The notes: generated by a model from the letters alone, not told the origin. A stretch of DNA of 64,000 nucleotides from an uncultured Poribacteria bacterium (GCA_951813565.1 OX638351.1:4960001-5024000), one strand, 5' to 3'; shown: positions 49,913 to 59,549, counted from the first letter of the stretch. A program made the numbers and translations.

Positions 49913-52900
49913 ATGCCAACACCAACACCAAAAGAGGTTTTTGATAATCCTTTACAATATCTTAATTTCCTACAATCCGACAAATTTGAAGGGCAATATT
50001 TCGAGCGGAATGAGGTCCGGCTTGAGAAAAACCAGATTAATGTGTTGAAAGATAGCATTAAGCCTTGTCTATCTGCATTCGCAAATACAAACAAAGAGGG
50101 AGGATTAGTTGTCCTGGGTATTGCTAACGACGGTACTATCAAAGGGATTCAGCACGTTGATGAACAGAAACTTAACGAAATATTGCAAGTTAGAGAATCT
50201 TTAAAAAACCACGTGACGGATCCAAAACATGTCAGTCTGCAAGATCCTAATAAGAACCAATTATATCTTTTATATACACATGAGACACCAAATGCAATTT
50301 GTGAAACAACAGGAGTTTTTCCAAAAGCTTGGAAAAGAGTTGGACCTCAGAATCGTCCTATGACTGAACAAGAACGGGATCAGTTAAAACGGAACAAAAA
50401 AATAGTTGATTTTGAGAACACCTATTGCTGTCCGCACGATCCTAATGAACTTGACGAAGGAGTGGTTGAAGAATTTAAGAAGGCTTTTCTTGAAGAGAGA
50501 GGTGCCCAGTACGGTCATAGCACCGAAGAAGTTCTATACCAAGCAGGTGCACTCATTAAAACGGAAGAAAATGGAAAATATGTGATTAACAATGCTGGTT
50601 ATCTATTTTTTTCCTCAAACCCTCGCAAGCGTTTTGGAAGCGCATTCGTAAGGTTACTACGTTATGATGTCCGCGCTGAAGAGTTAAGAAACCGTGGCGG
50701 AATGACTTTAGATAAAGATTTTGACGGTCCTCTTCCAAACATTATTCGTGGCCTTCGGAGCTTTTTAAAAGATTCCGCACTTTTTCGGATTTTGTCAAAA
50801 CGGAATCCTGATGGTGGATTCACTGATGAACCCGAATTTCCTTTCATAGCAGTTGATGAAGCACTCGTTAACGCCATTGTACATAGAGAATATGCTGTTA
50901 CTACACCAATTTTCTGTATTGTTTATAGAGATAAATTGGAAGTTAGAAATCCAGGAGACATACCACAGTCTGTTCCTAAGAAATTTAGTCTTGATGAACA
51001 AAGCTTAGACCCTGTGCCTCGGAATCCGAAAATTGTTGAGTGGATGCGTATCATGAAAGATGAGAGAGGTTCCATTTTTGTTCATGGATTGAGTGAAGGT
51101 ACTAGACGAATGAAGGAAGAGATGGAAAATTTGGGATTACCGGCTCCACACTATCATACAGATCAATACACAACCGTCACACTCTACAGTAAATTTGATG
51201 AACGCTTGGAAAAGTATACTCTAAAAACGGTCACTGAAACACAAGAATATGCTAATCTTTTTCCAATTGAACAGTCAAGAGAAAGAATGTCACGAAGCGA
51301 ATTTATAGAAGTTCGTGGAAATATACTCACAGCGATTAAAGACGCGCTCTTAAACCACGGATGGTTTATAGACCGTTTTTCATTTGGTCGCATCGTTGCC
51401 CATCGACAAGGTACATCCTTGTCCCTATCTCCTCAAGTTAAAGCTGTTGTACAAATATATCCAGCGTATGAATTACAAATTAGACAGTACGCTGAAGATC
51501 TCTATCTATGTGTTGATTACAAAGCTGAGTTGAAAAATATTCTGAAAGTAGGCTCTTTGCTTGATTACTTTACTGTTGATGATTTAGTTGGTAAACATGC
51601 TGTGGCAAAATACTCTGGACAATGGGAACGCGGAGAAATCTTAGAAATCGACTCGGAAACTACTAAATTAGCATTGTCTGATTTAGACACGGAAGTGAAT
51701 ATTCCAAATAATGATGTTATTCCATCCATTGGGAAAACTGCAATTAAAAAGATTTTGACAAAGAAAAACATAGCTCACGATCTTGATCAAAAAATTAAGG
51801 AACACGCTTTAGTGTCGCAGAGGAATGCTGCTAAAACCCGCGCTGAAAAAACTATCAGGATCGTTCAACATCTTGCCGATGAAGTGTTCCCTATTACAGT
51901 CAACAACTTAACACTTAAGTTGTCTAAAATCCCAGCTTCTCTAAAAACACCTCTATCTGGAGGTTCCTCGCAAGATGTTAAGCCTCTCACTGTGTTTCAT
52001 GAATCCGAGGAACCTTCAGTTCAATTCTATAATGACAAGGTTGATGCCAACATATTAGAAGGATTAACAAAATATAGTTCTTACGATGCAGGTATAAAAG
52101 ATATTGAGTTAATCCCTATTTGTACTCCGGATCTACGTGGGGGGATGCGGCAGCTAATTGAGAGACTTAAACATGGAAAATACAAATATCGCGGTACTGA
52201 ATGGACTTTTAAGACAAAGCTAACTTATCCTAATGTCAACCCAGCACCTATAGAAGAATTTCAAAGTGAATGTGTTCGATTATTAGAAGAGAATCCTAAT
52301 TGGATAGGAAACAAAGATTTGAATCGGCTTTTCCTTGTGTATGTTCCAGAAGACAGGTTCCCAATCACCGATCTCAATTCTCCATACTACACAATTAAGG
52401 AATTTCTGTTATCTAAAGGAATTCCTGTCCAAATGGTGGACACGCCTATTCTTAAGAATCCTGATTGGAAGGATTTCAATCTTGCTTTGAACATCACTGC
52501 GAAATGCGGTGTCGTCCCTTGGGTTTTACCAGGCGCATTACCAGATGCTGATTTCTTTGTTGGTTTGTCATATACCCAACATCCTGATAGGAAAATAGAC
52601 AGACACATGGCGTTTGCTAATGTGTTCAGTAATTTTGGACGCTGGAAATTCTACCAAGGAAATGCTAAACCGTTTAATTATGATGAGAGACACGAATACT
52701 ACAAAGTACTCGTCCGATCAACGTTGGAAAGGCTTGACCTTCGCGAATCTCCATCAATACATTTTCACTACTCAGCGAAGTTTTCTGCGGAAGACATATC
52801 TGCAATTTTGGAAGCTGCAAAATTAGTTCGCCCGAATGGTAGATATACATTTGTATGGATAAATAGTTCACATATCGTTCGGTTTTACGATCCATCTCCA

Positions 52901-53254
52901 CAAACAGATGGAAGTTTACAACGTGGTAAATACGTGATTGGCTGGCCTAAACAATTCTATTTATCAACTACTGGCTATAATACTTACCATAAGTCACTTG
53001 GCACTCCCCATCCTCTTGAAGTTAATGTATGGACTGAACCTTACGATCCCTCAAATCCACCGGATCTGAGAGTTGTTGCCAAGCAATTAATCTCTCTGAC
53101 AAAGTTGAATTGGGCATCAACCCGTTCATTTTGTGGCACGCCTATCACCATAAAATACGCACGTGACATTGCCCGTTTTGCATCGGCGTTTATTGAGCGT
53201 AGCGGAAAGTTTGAACTACATGAAGTCTTGGAGAAAACCCCATGGTTCATCTAA
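49913..53254 (+). CDS. Schlafen/AlbA_2 + HATPase_c_4-like + long prokaryotic Argonaute fusion (PIWI catalytically inactive), ~1113 aa
   Basis: AlbA_2 motifs EGQYFER and LSAFANT..GGLVVLGI.NDG. HATPase_c_4-like motifs EALVNAIVHREY, LEVRNPG, RNPKI and SEGTRRM. MID motifs YYTIK, GIPVQMV and LNITAKCG. PIWI motifs PWVL...FFVGLSY, HFHYSAK, RGKY, LTKLNW and PITIKYA, ending TPWFI. GAGAGG precedes the ATG at 49913. Confidence 0.85.
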   Translation: MPTPTPKEVFDNPLQYLNFLQSDKFEGQYFERNEVRLEKNQINVLKDSIKPCLSAFANTNKEGGLVVLGIANDGTIKGIQHVDEQKLNEILQVRESLKNHVTDPKHVSLQDPNKNQLYLLYTHETPNAICETTGVFPKAWKRVGPQNRPMTEQERDQLKRNKKIVDFENTYCCPHDPNELDEGVVEEFKKAFLEERGAQYGHSTEEVLYQAGALIKTEENGKYVINNAGYLFFSSNPRKRFGSAFVRLLRYDVRAEELRNRGGMTLDKDFDGPLPNIIRGLRSFLKDSALFRILSKRNPDGGFTDEPEFPFIAVDEALVNAIVHREYAVTTPIFCIVYRDKLEVRNPGDIPQSVPKKFSLDEQSLDPVPRNPKIVEWMRIMKDERGSIFVHGLSEGTRRMKEEMENLGLPAPHYHTDQYTTVTLYSKFDERLEKYTLKTVTETQEYANLFPIEQSRERMSRSEFIEVRGNILTAIKDALLNHGWFIDRFSFGRIVAHRQGTSLSLSPQVKAVVQIYPAYELQIRQYAEDLYLCVDYKAELKNILKVGSLLDYFTVDDLVGKHAVAKYSGQWERGEILEIDSETTKLALSDLDTEVNIPNNDVIPSIGKTAIKKILTKKNIAHDLDQKIKEHALVSQRNAAKTRAEKTIRIVQHLADEVFPITVNNLTLKLSKIPASLKTPLSGGSSQDVKPLTVFHESEEPSVQFYNDKVDANILEGLTKYSSYDAGIKDIELIPICTPDLRGGMRQLIERLKHGKYKYRGTEWTFKTKLTYPNVNPAPIEEFQSECVRLLEENPNWIGNKDLNRLFLVYVPEDRFPITDLNSPYYTIKEFLLSKGIPVQMVDTPILKNPDWKDFNLALNITAKCGVVPWVLPGALPDADFFVGLSYTQHPDRKIDRHMAFANVFSNFGRWKFYQGNAKPFNYDERHEYYKVLVRSTLERLDLRESPSIHFHYSAKFSAEDISAILEAAKLVRPNGRYTFVWINSSHIVRFYDPSPQTDGSLQRGKYVIGWPKQFYLSTTGYNTYHKSLGTPHPLEVNVWTEPYDPSNPPDLRVVAKQLISLTKLNWASTRSFCGTPITIKYARDIARFASAFIERSGKFELHEVLEKTPWFI

Positions 53255-54681
53255 CTCCAATTTCTGGTGATTTGCCAAAAGGGTGGGTGTGGACAACATT
53301 AGAAGAAATTGGTGAAATCATATTAGGGCAATCCCCTCCGTCTTCTACCTACAATACAGATGGAGACGGACTCCCTTTTTATCAAGGTAAACTTGAATTC
53401 GGGAAACTCTATCCTGCACCTCGAAAATGGTGTACCGCTCCGAAGAAAATTGCTGAAAAAGGGGACGTTTTCATTTCTATTCGCGCGCCTGTAGGACCTA
53501 CAAATATTTGCCCCGAAAAATCTGCTGTGGGAAGAGGACTCGCAGCAATTCGCGGGTTAGGCGGAATTGAGTCGTTTTTCATTCTTTATTTAATGCATGC
53601 CTATGCAAATAAGATTGCAAGCAGAGGAACGGGGACAACTTTTGATGCAATTACGGGAAACCAACTTAAGACATTTGAAATCCCACTTCCACCACTGACA
53701 GAACAACGCCGCATCGTAGCCAAGTTAGAGATACTATTTACACATTTAGACGCAGCAGTTGAAAACCTCAAAAAAGCACAAGTGCAGTTGCAGCGGTATC
53801 GTCAATCAGTTCTCAAAGCTGCTTTTGAAGGGGAGTTGACGAGGGAGTGGCGAGAAGGGTATTCGGGTGAATTAGAACCGATGTCGGTTTCAGAAGTTTC
53901 TGAGATGGACAATTTACCTGAGCTGCCTGATGGTTGGGTGTGGACGAAGGTTAAGGACATTTCAGAATTTATTCGCGGTGTGTCCTATAAAAAGAATCAA
54001 TCATCTAAAACCCCAATAGATGATTATGTTCCTATATTGCGGGCGAACAATATCAATACACAATTGAACTATGAAGACCTTGTTTATGTTCAGCGAGAAA
54101 AGGTTAAAGATGAACAATTTGTAAAGATTTATGATATTATCATCGCGATGTCGAGTGGTAGTAAACACCTCGTAGGTAAAGCAGCGCAAGCTTATCAGGA
54201 TTTTGAAGGGGGTTTTGGCACTTTTTGTGGGTTGGTCAGAGTTTCGGAAGAAGTAAATAAAAAATTCATTGGTTTATTTTTCCAAAGTCCTGTTTATAGA
54301 AATGAAATATCTCGTCTCTCTATTGGAATAAACATCAATAACCTTCGGAGAGAAAACATAGAGACAATGCTTATACCGCTTCCACCGCTTGCCGAACAGG
54401 AACAGATTGTCTCTGAACTTGAGCGGCACCTTTCAGTCGCTGATGCGGCAGAGGCAACCCTTGATGCCGCACTGAAGCGCGCGGAACGTTTGCGGCAGTC
54501 TATCCTCAAACATGCGTTTTCTGGTAAACTTGTTCCGCAAGACCCGAACGATGAACCGGCAAGCGTGTTGCTTGAGAAAATCAGAGATGAGAAAGATCAG
54601 CAACAACCAAAGCGAAAAAAGACTACAACAAAATCGAAAAACACATCTTCGGCACAGCAATTGTCCCTTCCACTTGACTAA
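53242..54681 (+). CDS. hsdS: Type I restriction-modification specificity subunit
   Basis: LPKGWVW and LPDGWVW start two target-recognition domains. Conserved helices PLPPLTEQRRIV and PLPPLAEQEQIV, and AFSGKLVPQDPNDEPASVLLEKI. Confidence 0.93.
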   Translation: MVHLTPISGDLPKGWVWTTLEEIGEIILGQSPPSSTYNTDGDGLPFYQGKLEFGKLYPAPRKWCTAPKKIAEKGDVFISIRAPVGPTNICPEKSAVGRGLAAIRGLGGIESFFILYLMHAYANKIASRGTGTTFDAITGNQLKTFEIPLPPLTEQRRIVAKLEILFTHLDAAVENLKKAQVQLQRYRQSVLKAAFEGELTREWREGYSGELEPMSVSEVSEMDNLPELPDGWVWTKVKDISEFIRGVSYKKNQSSKTPIDDYVPILRANNINTQLNYEDLVYVQREKVKDEQFVKIYDIIIAMSSGSKHLVGKAAQAYQDFEGGFGTFCGLVRVSEEVNKKFIGLFFQSPVYRNEISRLSIGININNLRRENIETMLIPLPPLAEQEQIVSELERHLSVADAAEATLDAALKRAERLRQSILKHAFSGKLVPQDPNDEPASVLLEKIRDEKDQQQPKRKKTTTKSKNTSSAQQLSLPLD

Positions 54682-54800
54682 ACTAAAGTTGAAACTTCGT
54701 TTTGTTTTTAATGCAGATTTATGGTAAAATATCAATGTAAAGCAACTGTACAATCTGTTCATTAAAAGTTTTAATTTAAGTTTTTAAGGAAATATTAGAG

Positions 54801-55085
54801 ATGACACTTAAGATTACAGACTGCACGGATAGAGATGAAAAAACGCGGGAGACCGATCCGCTTCTCGCATTAGCAGGTACGCTTAAATGGAATAATATAA
54901 GTGGCCCCAACGCCGTATTGATACCGGAAATACTCGTGATTAAAGGCGCACACGAAGATCACCCGGATCCGCTCATCGCCTTGCTGGGAACGTTGGAATG
55001 TGATGTCACAGACATCGGCGAACGTCACGATGATTATATCAGAGACGCACTTTTAGCAGAATTATGGGGAAATGAAGATGAATGA
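54801..55085 (+). CDS. Small acidic antitoxin-like hypothetical protein with an internal repeat
   Basis: Repeat DPLLALAGTL / DPLIALLGTL and C-terminal DIGERHDDYI. Confidence 0.55.
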   Translation: MTLKITDCTDRDEKTRETDPLLALAGTLKWNNISGPNAVLIPEILVIKGAHEDHPDPLIALLGTLECDVTDIGERHDDYIRDALLAELWGNEDE

Positions 55086-55119
55086 GGAACTTACCTTAAA
55101 CTTGCGTAGGTGAAATAAT

Positions 55120-55533
55120 ATGAAAACTGAAGAAAAAGAACATAATCTCCCTCTACCGCCAGCAGATAAAACACTATTTCGCAAACAAGTGCAGCGCGAA
55201 TTAGACGAAATTCGACAAGAAGCTGAGGAGGCTTATACCTTGGATAACGAGATTGATCCTGTGCCGGATTCGGCTTACAATGACACGCTTGTTTTGTTAA
55301 AGTTCCTTTGTAATTACAATCTGCCCATGCCAGATTTTAGTTGGGCAGAAGATGGTAGCCTTAGTGTTGGGTGGTACCCAGATAATGGCATGGTAACAAT
55401 GGGAATATATGGGGACAATCTTGTCATCTATAATGCATTTTTTGAAGAAAAACGTCAATTTGAAGGAATCTGTGAACTGTCAGATACCGCGGTGTTGTCA
55501 GGTTTTCTCACAACGTTGGCAAATATCCTCTAA
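55120..55533 (+). CDS. Hypothetical protein, module gene A copy 1
   Basis: Paralogous to 58521-58919 and 59120-59539 (P..AYN..L.L...PMP..W.EDG....W.P...LYGD..V.Y..FF). Confidence 0.75.
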   Translation: MKTEEKEHNLPLPPADKTLFRKQVQRELDEIRQEAEEAYTLDNEIDPVPDSAYNDTLVLLKFLCNYNLPMPDFSWAEDGSLSVGWYPDNGMVTMGIYGDNLVIYNAFFEEKRQFEGICELSDTAVLSGFLTTLANIL

Positions 55534-55547
55534 TAAGGATTGTTGTT

Positions 55548-55967
55548 ATGAATGTTTCACCGGGTGAGACACTCACTCGTTTTATTCGTTATAACAGTCA
55601 TTTTTCCGTTGTAACTAACAGAGTTAAACCTGACGCTTTTCTTCCACACAGAAAGCGTATTGATGTATCCGTGTTTCGCATTTCCGAACTCAATGACAGT
55701 GAAAAACTCTCAGAAAACGAGATATGGCAAATTGGGCGGGAATATGTTCAAACAGAAGAAAGACTGATAAAGGCAAGGGCTGATCTTTTGGCTGCCGTTG
55801 TTTATCAGAATAATCTTGAAGTTGTTCCAGATGAGCCGCCTCAAAGGCACGCGAACATAACGCCTTTTCCGATAGAGAAAAGTCCTACAGACAGGAAAGC
55901 ACGTAGATCCATCGCAACGAAACTTGCTAACGCAAGTAAATTAGCTGTTCAACCAGAAAAGATATGA
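55548..55967 (+). CDS. Hypothetical protein, module gene B copy 1 (possible ART/RES-like fold)
   Basis: Paralogous to 59550-59954 (L.RFI...HFS...VK..AF.P...SVF...EIW.IGR.YVQT.ER..KARADL...L.VVPD..P..HANIT.FP). Confidence 0.75.
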   Translation: MNVSPGETLTRFIRYNSHFSVVTNRVKPDAFLPHRKRIDVSVFRISELNDSEKLSENEIWQIGREYVQTEERLIKARADLLAAVVYQNNLEVVPDEPPQRHANITPFPIEKSPTDRKARRSIATKLANASKLAVQPEKI

Positions 55968-55996
55968 TTTCAGTACGATCAAATTGAGATACACAC

Positions 55997-57463
55997 ATGT
56001 CCAACGAATCCACAACAATCGTTCAAAAACTATGGAATTTCTGCAATGTGCTCCGAGATGATGGGGTCAGTTACGGAGATTACGTGGAGCAACTCACGTA
56101 TCTGCTTTTTCTCAAACTCGCTGATGAACAGCGCAACCTACCTACTAACACATCAACTCAAATCCCTGCTGGTTTGGATTGGGAAAGTTTACTCAAAGAG
56201 AGTGGTGCTGCGTTAGAAGAGCAGTATGTTAAAACCCTTCGTGAATTGAGTAATGAGAAAGGGTTGCTTGGTGTTATTTTTAGAAAATCGCAAAACCGCA
56301 TTCAGACACCCGCGCACCTCCAACGACTTATCAAGCTTATTGATGCCGAAAACTGGAGCGGAATGGCAGCCGATGTCAAAGGCACAATTTACGAGGGACT
56401 TTTACAGAAAAACGCTGAAGACACCAAAAGCGGTGCAGGGCAGTACTTCACACCTCGTCCACTCATCAAAGCGATAGTAGCTGTAATGCAACCTAAACCG
56501 ATGAAAACGATCTGCGATCCTGCATGCGGCACAGGCGGTTTTTTCCTCGCTGCTTATGAGTATATATCCGAAACATATCGCACAACATTAACTCGTGAAC
56601 AGAAGAAGTTCCTCAGATTTGATACTTTCGCCGGAACAGACATCGTTGATAACGTAGTCCGTCTCTGTGTTATGAATCTATATCTGCACGGTATTGATGG
56701 GGAGGAAAGTCCAATTACAACCAACGATAGTCTCGGCAAAGATCCGGGAGAACGTTACGATATGGTGCTGACCAATCCACCGTTTGGTAACAAGAGTAGT
56801 GTTACAATCACTACTGATGGCGAAAAACGTAGCAACGCATCCGTCACGTATGAACGCGATGATTTTTGGGCGACAACTTCAAATAAACAGTTTAACTTCC
56901 TACAGCACATTAAGACAATTTTGAAGGAAAATGGTCGCGCCGCTGTGGTACTACCTGATAACGTTCTCTTTGAACGTGGCGCGGGTGAAACAATTCGCAG
57001 GCAACTGCTAAAACTGTTTGATGTCCATACCTTGTTACGATTGCCTACTGGTATTTTCTACGCGCAAGGTGTAAAGGCAAACGTTCTCTTTTTCGACAAA
57101 CGTCCGGCACGTGAGGAACCGTGGACACAAAAACTTTGGATATACGATCTCCGTACAAATAAACGTTTTACGCTTAAGACGAATCCCTTACGCGATGCCG
57201 ACCTACAGGATTTTATTACTGCCTATAATCCAAAGAACCGTCACGAACGGGTTGAAACTGAACGTTTTCACGCCTTCACTTACGAGGAACTTACCAAGCG
57301 GGAACATGTTAACCTTGATATTTTCTGGTTGAAAGAGGATTCACTTGAAGATATAGCAGACCTTCCCACGCCTGATGTATTAGCGGGGGAAATCACACAG
57401 AATTTAGAGACTGCTTTGGGATTGTTTCAGAATATTCAGACAGAATTAGGTGACAGTGACTAA
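55997..57463 (+). CDS. hsdM: Type I restriction-modification N6-adenine methyltransferase
   Basis: KLWNFCNVLRDDG, GQYFTPR, DPACGTGGF, LTNPPFG and LRLPTGIFYAQGVKAN motifs. Confidence 0.95.
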   Translation: MSNESTTIVQKLWNFCNVLRDDGVSYGDYVEQLTYLLFLKLADEQRNLPTNTSTQIPAGLDWESLLKESGAALEEQYVKTLRELSNEKGLLGVIFRKSQNRIQTPAHLQRLIKLIDAENWSGMAADVKGTIYEGLLQKNAEDTKSGAGQYFTPRPLIKAIVAVMQPKPMKTICDPACGTGGFFLAAYEYISETYRTTLTREQKKFLRFDTFAGTDIVDNVVRLCVMNLYLHGIDGEESPITTNDSLGKDPGERYDMVLTNPPFGNKSSVTITTDGEKRSNASVTYERDDFWATTSNKQFNFLQHIKTILKENGRAAVVLPDNVLFERGAGETIRRQLLKLFDVHTLLRLPTGIFYAQGVKANVLFFDKRPAREEPWTQKLWIYDLRTNKRFTLKTNPLRDADLQDFITAYNPKNRHERVETERFHAFTYEELTKREHVNLDIFWLKEDSLEDIADLPTPDVLAGEITQNLETALGLFQNIQTELGDSD

Positions 57464-57613
57464 ACTACGTTACTGTCTGTTTTTAAGTGAAAACATAGGG
57501 AGAGGATATTGACAAAAGACTAAATTTCGGAGACGTTTTGTGCAGAATTATATTCTTGTAACCAATAACGTCTCCACGACCTTTACTTTTGAAAACCTAA
57601 GGAGGAATTCAAA

Positions 57614-58432
57614 ATGCGCAATCAACTTACACTGACACTCTTCACCCTTATCATTGCTGTCCTTTTCTGTTCTATTGCAGTAGCAAGTTTGCAAAATGGG
57701 TTAATTGTCTATTATCCATTTGATGAAGCAGATGGAAAAACAGCGTCTGATAAAAGCAAAAACAACAATGATGCGGAACTTATGGGTAACGCCGCTTGGG
57801 CACCTAAGGAAGGTAAAATTGGCGGTGCCATCAGATTTGATGGTGGTGATAGTTCTGCTGTAGACGAAAACGGTGCAGATTATATCAATGAACTTGAGGC
57901 TTTTACCATCTCTGTTTGGGTAAAATCTGATTCAGTTGGACACGACAGAGGTATTGTCTTTGCTATAGACCCCGATGGAGGCGATAATGTTTTCGGTTTA
58001 CGCTACGATGCCGCAAGTTGGTCCACAAAGGGTGGGACAAATCTTCTCAAAGGCGCGATTACGACAACGGGCGGCGGTCAAGCGTATGAGGGTAAAAGCG
58101 ATGTGCAAACAACTGAGTGGCAATACCTCGCGTTTACTTGGAAAAGTGGTGAACAACTTGCCCTTTATATTGATGGTGAACTTGATGATAATCCTACACA
58201 CAATGATGGTGGAAAAGAGGGTAAAATTTCTGGTGCCACCAAATTAATCGTAGGTAAAGGTGCTAAAGATAATAATGGCACCTCATGGCCCGGTCTCATT
58301 GACGACTTTCGACTCTACGATAGAGTTTTAGAGGCGAGAGAGATTTCAGATTTAGCTTCAGGTGTCCTACCAGTTGAACCGGCTGGAAAGCTAGCAACGA
58401 CTTGGGCGAACTTTAAGCAAAAACGAAATTAA
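57614..58432 (+). CDS. Secreted LamG domain protein
   Basis: Signal peptide, YYPFDE..GKTASD, FTISVWVK, WQYLAFTW, LYIDG, IDDFRLYDRVL and C-terminal VEPAGKLATTWANFK. Confidence 0.88.
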   Translation: MRNQLTLTLFTLIIAVLFCSIAVASLQNGLIVYYPFDEADGKTASDKSKNNNDAELMGNAAWAPKEGKIGGAIRFDGGDSSAVDENGADYINELEAFTISVWVKSDSVGHDRGIVFAIDPDGGDNVFGLRYDAASWSTKGGTNLLKGAITTTGGGQAYEGKSDVQTTEWQYLAFTWKSGEQLALYIDGELDDNPTHNDGGKEGKISGATKLIVGKGAKDNNGTSWPGLIDDFRLYDRVLEAREISDLASGVLPVEPAGKLATTWANFKQKRN

Positions 58433-58520
58433 TCGGTCTATGTGTTCTAAATAAGCAGTCGCGTCTTCATCTGGTAGAGACATTGAGGCGCGCCTGCATA
58501 GTAATAGGTTGGTAAAAATT

Positions 58521-58919
58521 ATGCAATTACATCTTGAGATGCCGCAGGCAGATGAGGGGACGTTCCGATATAGTATCAAACGCGAATTAGCGGAACTATA
58601 TAAAAAAGAAGATGGAGTGTATGCAAAGGATAGCATAATTGATGCTATGCCTGAGTCAGCATATAATGATGCCCTCTTTTTGCTTGAGTTTCTTTTTAAT
58701 TCGGGTGTTCCTATGCCAAACATCAATCGGACAAAACACGGTAGCCTCAGCTTAAGTTGGTATCCTGAAGAAGGTACAGCGAAGATGGAACTCTGTGGTG
58801 ATGGACTTGTTGTCTATAATGCATTTTTCGATGAAGATCGTCAGGATGAAGGTGCTTGTGTTTTGACAGATATTGCTGCGCTGGATGAACTTCTTGGCGC
58901 GTTGCGCTGCGTTTTTTGA
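58521..58919 (+). CDS. Hypothetical protein, module gene A copy 2 (no partner B)
   Basis: PESAYNDALFLL...VPMPNI...HGSLSLSWYP...GDGLVVYNAFF. Confidence 0.65.
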   Translation: MQLHLEMPQADEGTFRYSIKRELAELYKKEDGVYAKDSIIDAMPESAYNDALFLLEFLFNSGVPMPNINRTKHGSLSLSWYPEEGTAKMELCGDGLVVYNAFFDEDRQDEGACVLTDIAALDELLGALRCVF

Positions 58920-58939
58920 TAATAGCGTTTTATTAGCTT

Positions 58940-59074
58940 TATAGCGGATTCTACAATTAACTGGACATCTGAGCTGTCCGAGGGAACTCCGATTCCCGAC
59001 TAACAGTGGTTTCGTCGCGATTCGGAGATCGCTCCTACAGAATATATGTGAACTTATTTACATAATTTACTATA
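58940..59074. mobile_element. MITE-like element with TATAG-starting ends, carrying two REP palindromes
   Basis: The left end TATAGCGGATTCTACAATTAACTGGACA matches the right-end reverse complement of the 8938-9144 element. The right end is ...ATAATTTACTATA. Interior contains GAGGGAACTCCGATTCCCGA and TCGGAGATCGCTCCTAC. Confidence 0.55.
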
Positions 59075-59119
59075 ATGTTGTTGCGGATGTTACAATGATG
59101 ATCATATAGGTGACACACT

Positions 59120-59539
59120 ATGGATACCTCACACTCACAAAAAGAACCTGATTTTGCTCGGTCCCCTGCTGACAAGATACTGTTTCTAAAACATGTCCAA
59201 AGCGAATTAGGCGAAATTCGTGAGGAAGTTGAAGAAACTTGTGCAGTGACTACCGACGTTATACCTGTACCGGAACAGGCTTATAATAATACATTATCTT
59301 TGATGGAACAGATGCCCGATGACATACCGATGCCAGACATGATGTGGTTGGAAGATGGTGGTATTGGATTAGAATGGAGGCCAGGAGAAGGTATCGCAAC
59401 AATAAGTCTATACGGTGACGGAAACGTTATTTACGGTATTTTTTTTAGTGATAAGTGTGAGACTAGTGGAATCTGTGCCTTGTCAAACTATGCACTTCTC
59501 CATGGATTTCTTACGACGTTAAGCCTACTCTTTCAATAA
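59120..59539 (+). CDS. Hypothetical protein, module gene A copy 3
   Basis: PADKILFLKHVQSELGEIREE...PEQAYNNTL...PMPDMMWLEDGGIGLEWRP...GFLTTL. Confidence 0.75.
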   Translation: MDTSHSQKEPDFARSPADKILFLKHVQSELGEIREEVEETCAVTTDVIPVPEQAYNNTLSLMEQMPDDIPMPDMMWLEDGGIGLEWRPGEGIATISLYGDGNVIYGIFFSDKCETSGICALSNYALLHGFLTTLSLLFQ

Positions 59540-59549
59540 AGGATACGGT

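Noticed and set aside
52560..53170. Active slicer Argonaute
   Set aside because: The DEDX tetrad positions read S (GLSY) and S/A (HYSAK), so the catalytic aspartates are missing.
57529..57575. Inverted repeat GGAGACGTT...AACGTCTCC upstream of the LamG gene as a riboswitch
   Set aside because: It is a single stem with no recognisable aptamer consensus. It may be an operator or leader hairpin, but I cannot support a call.
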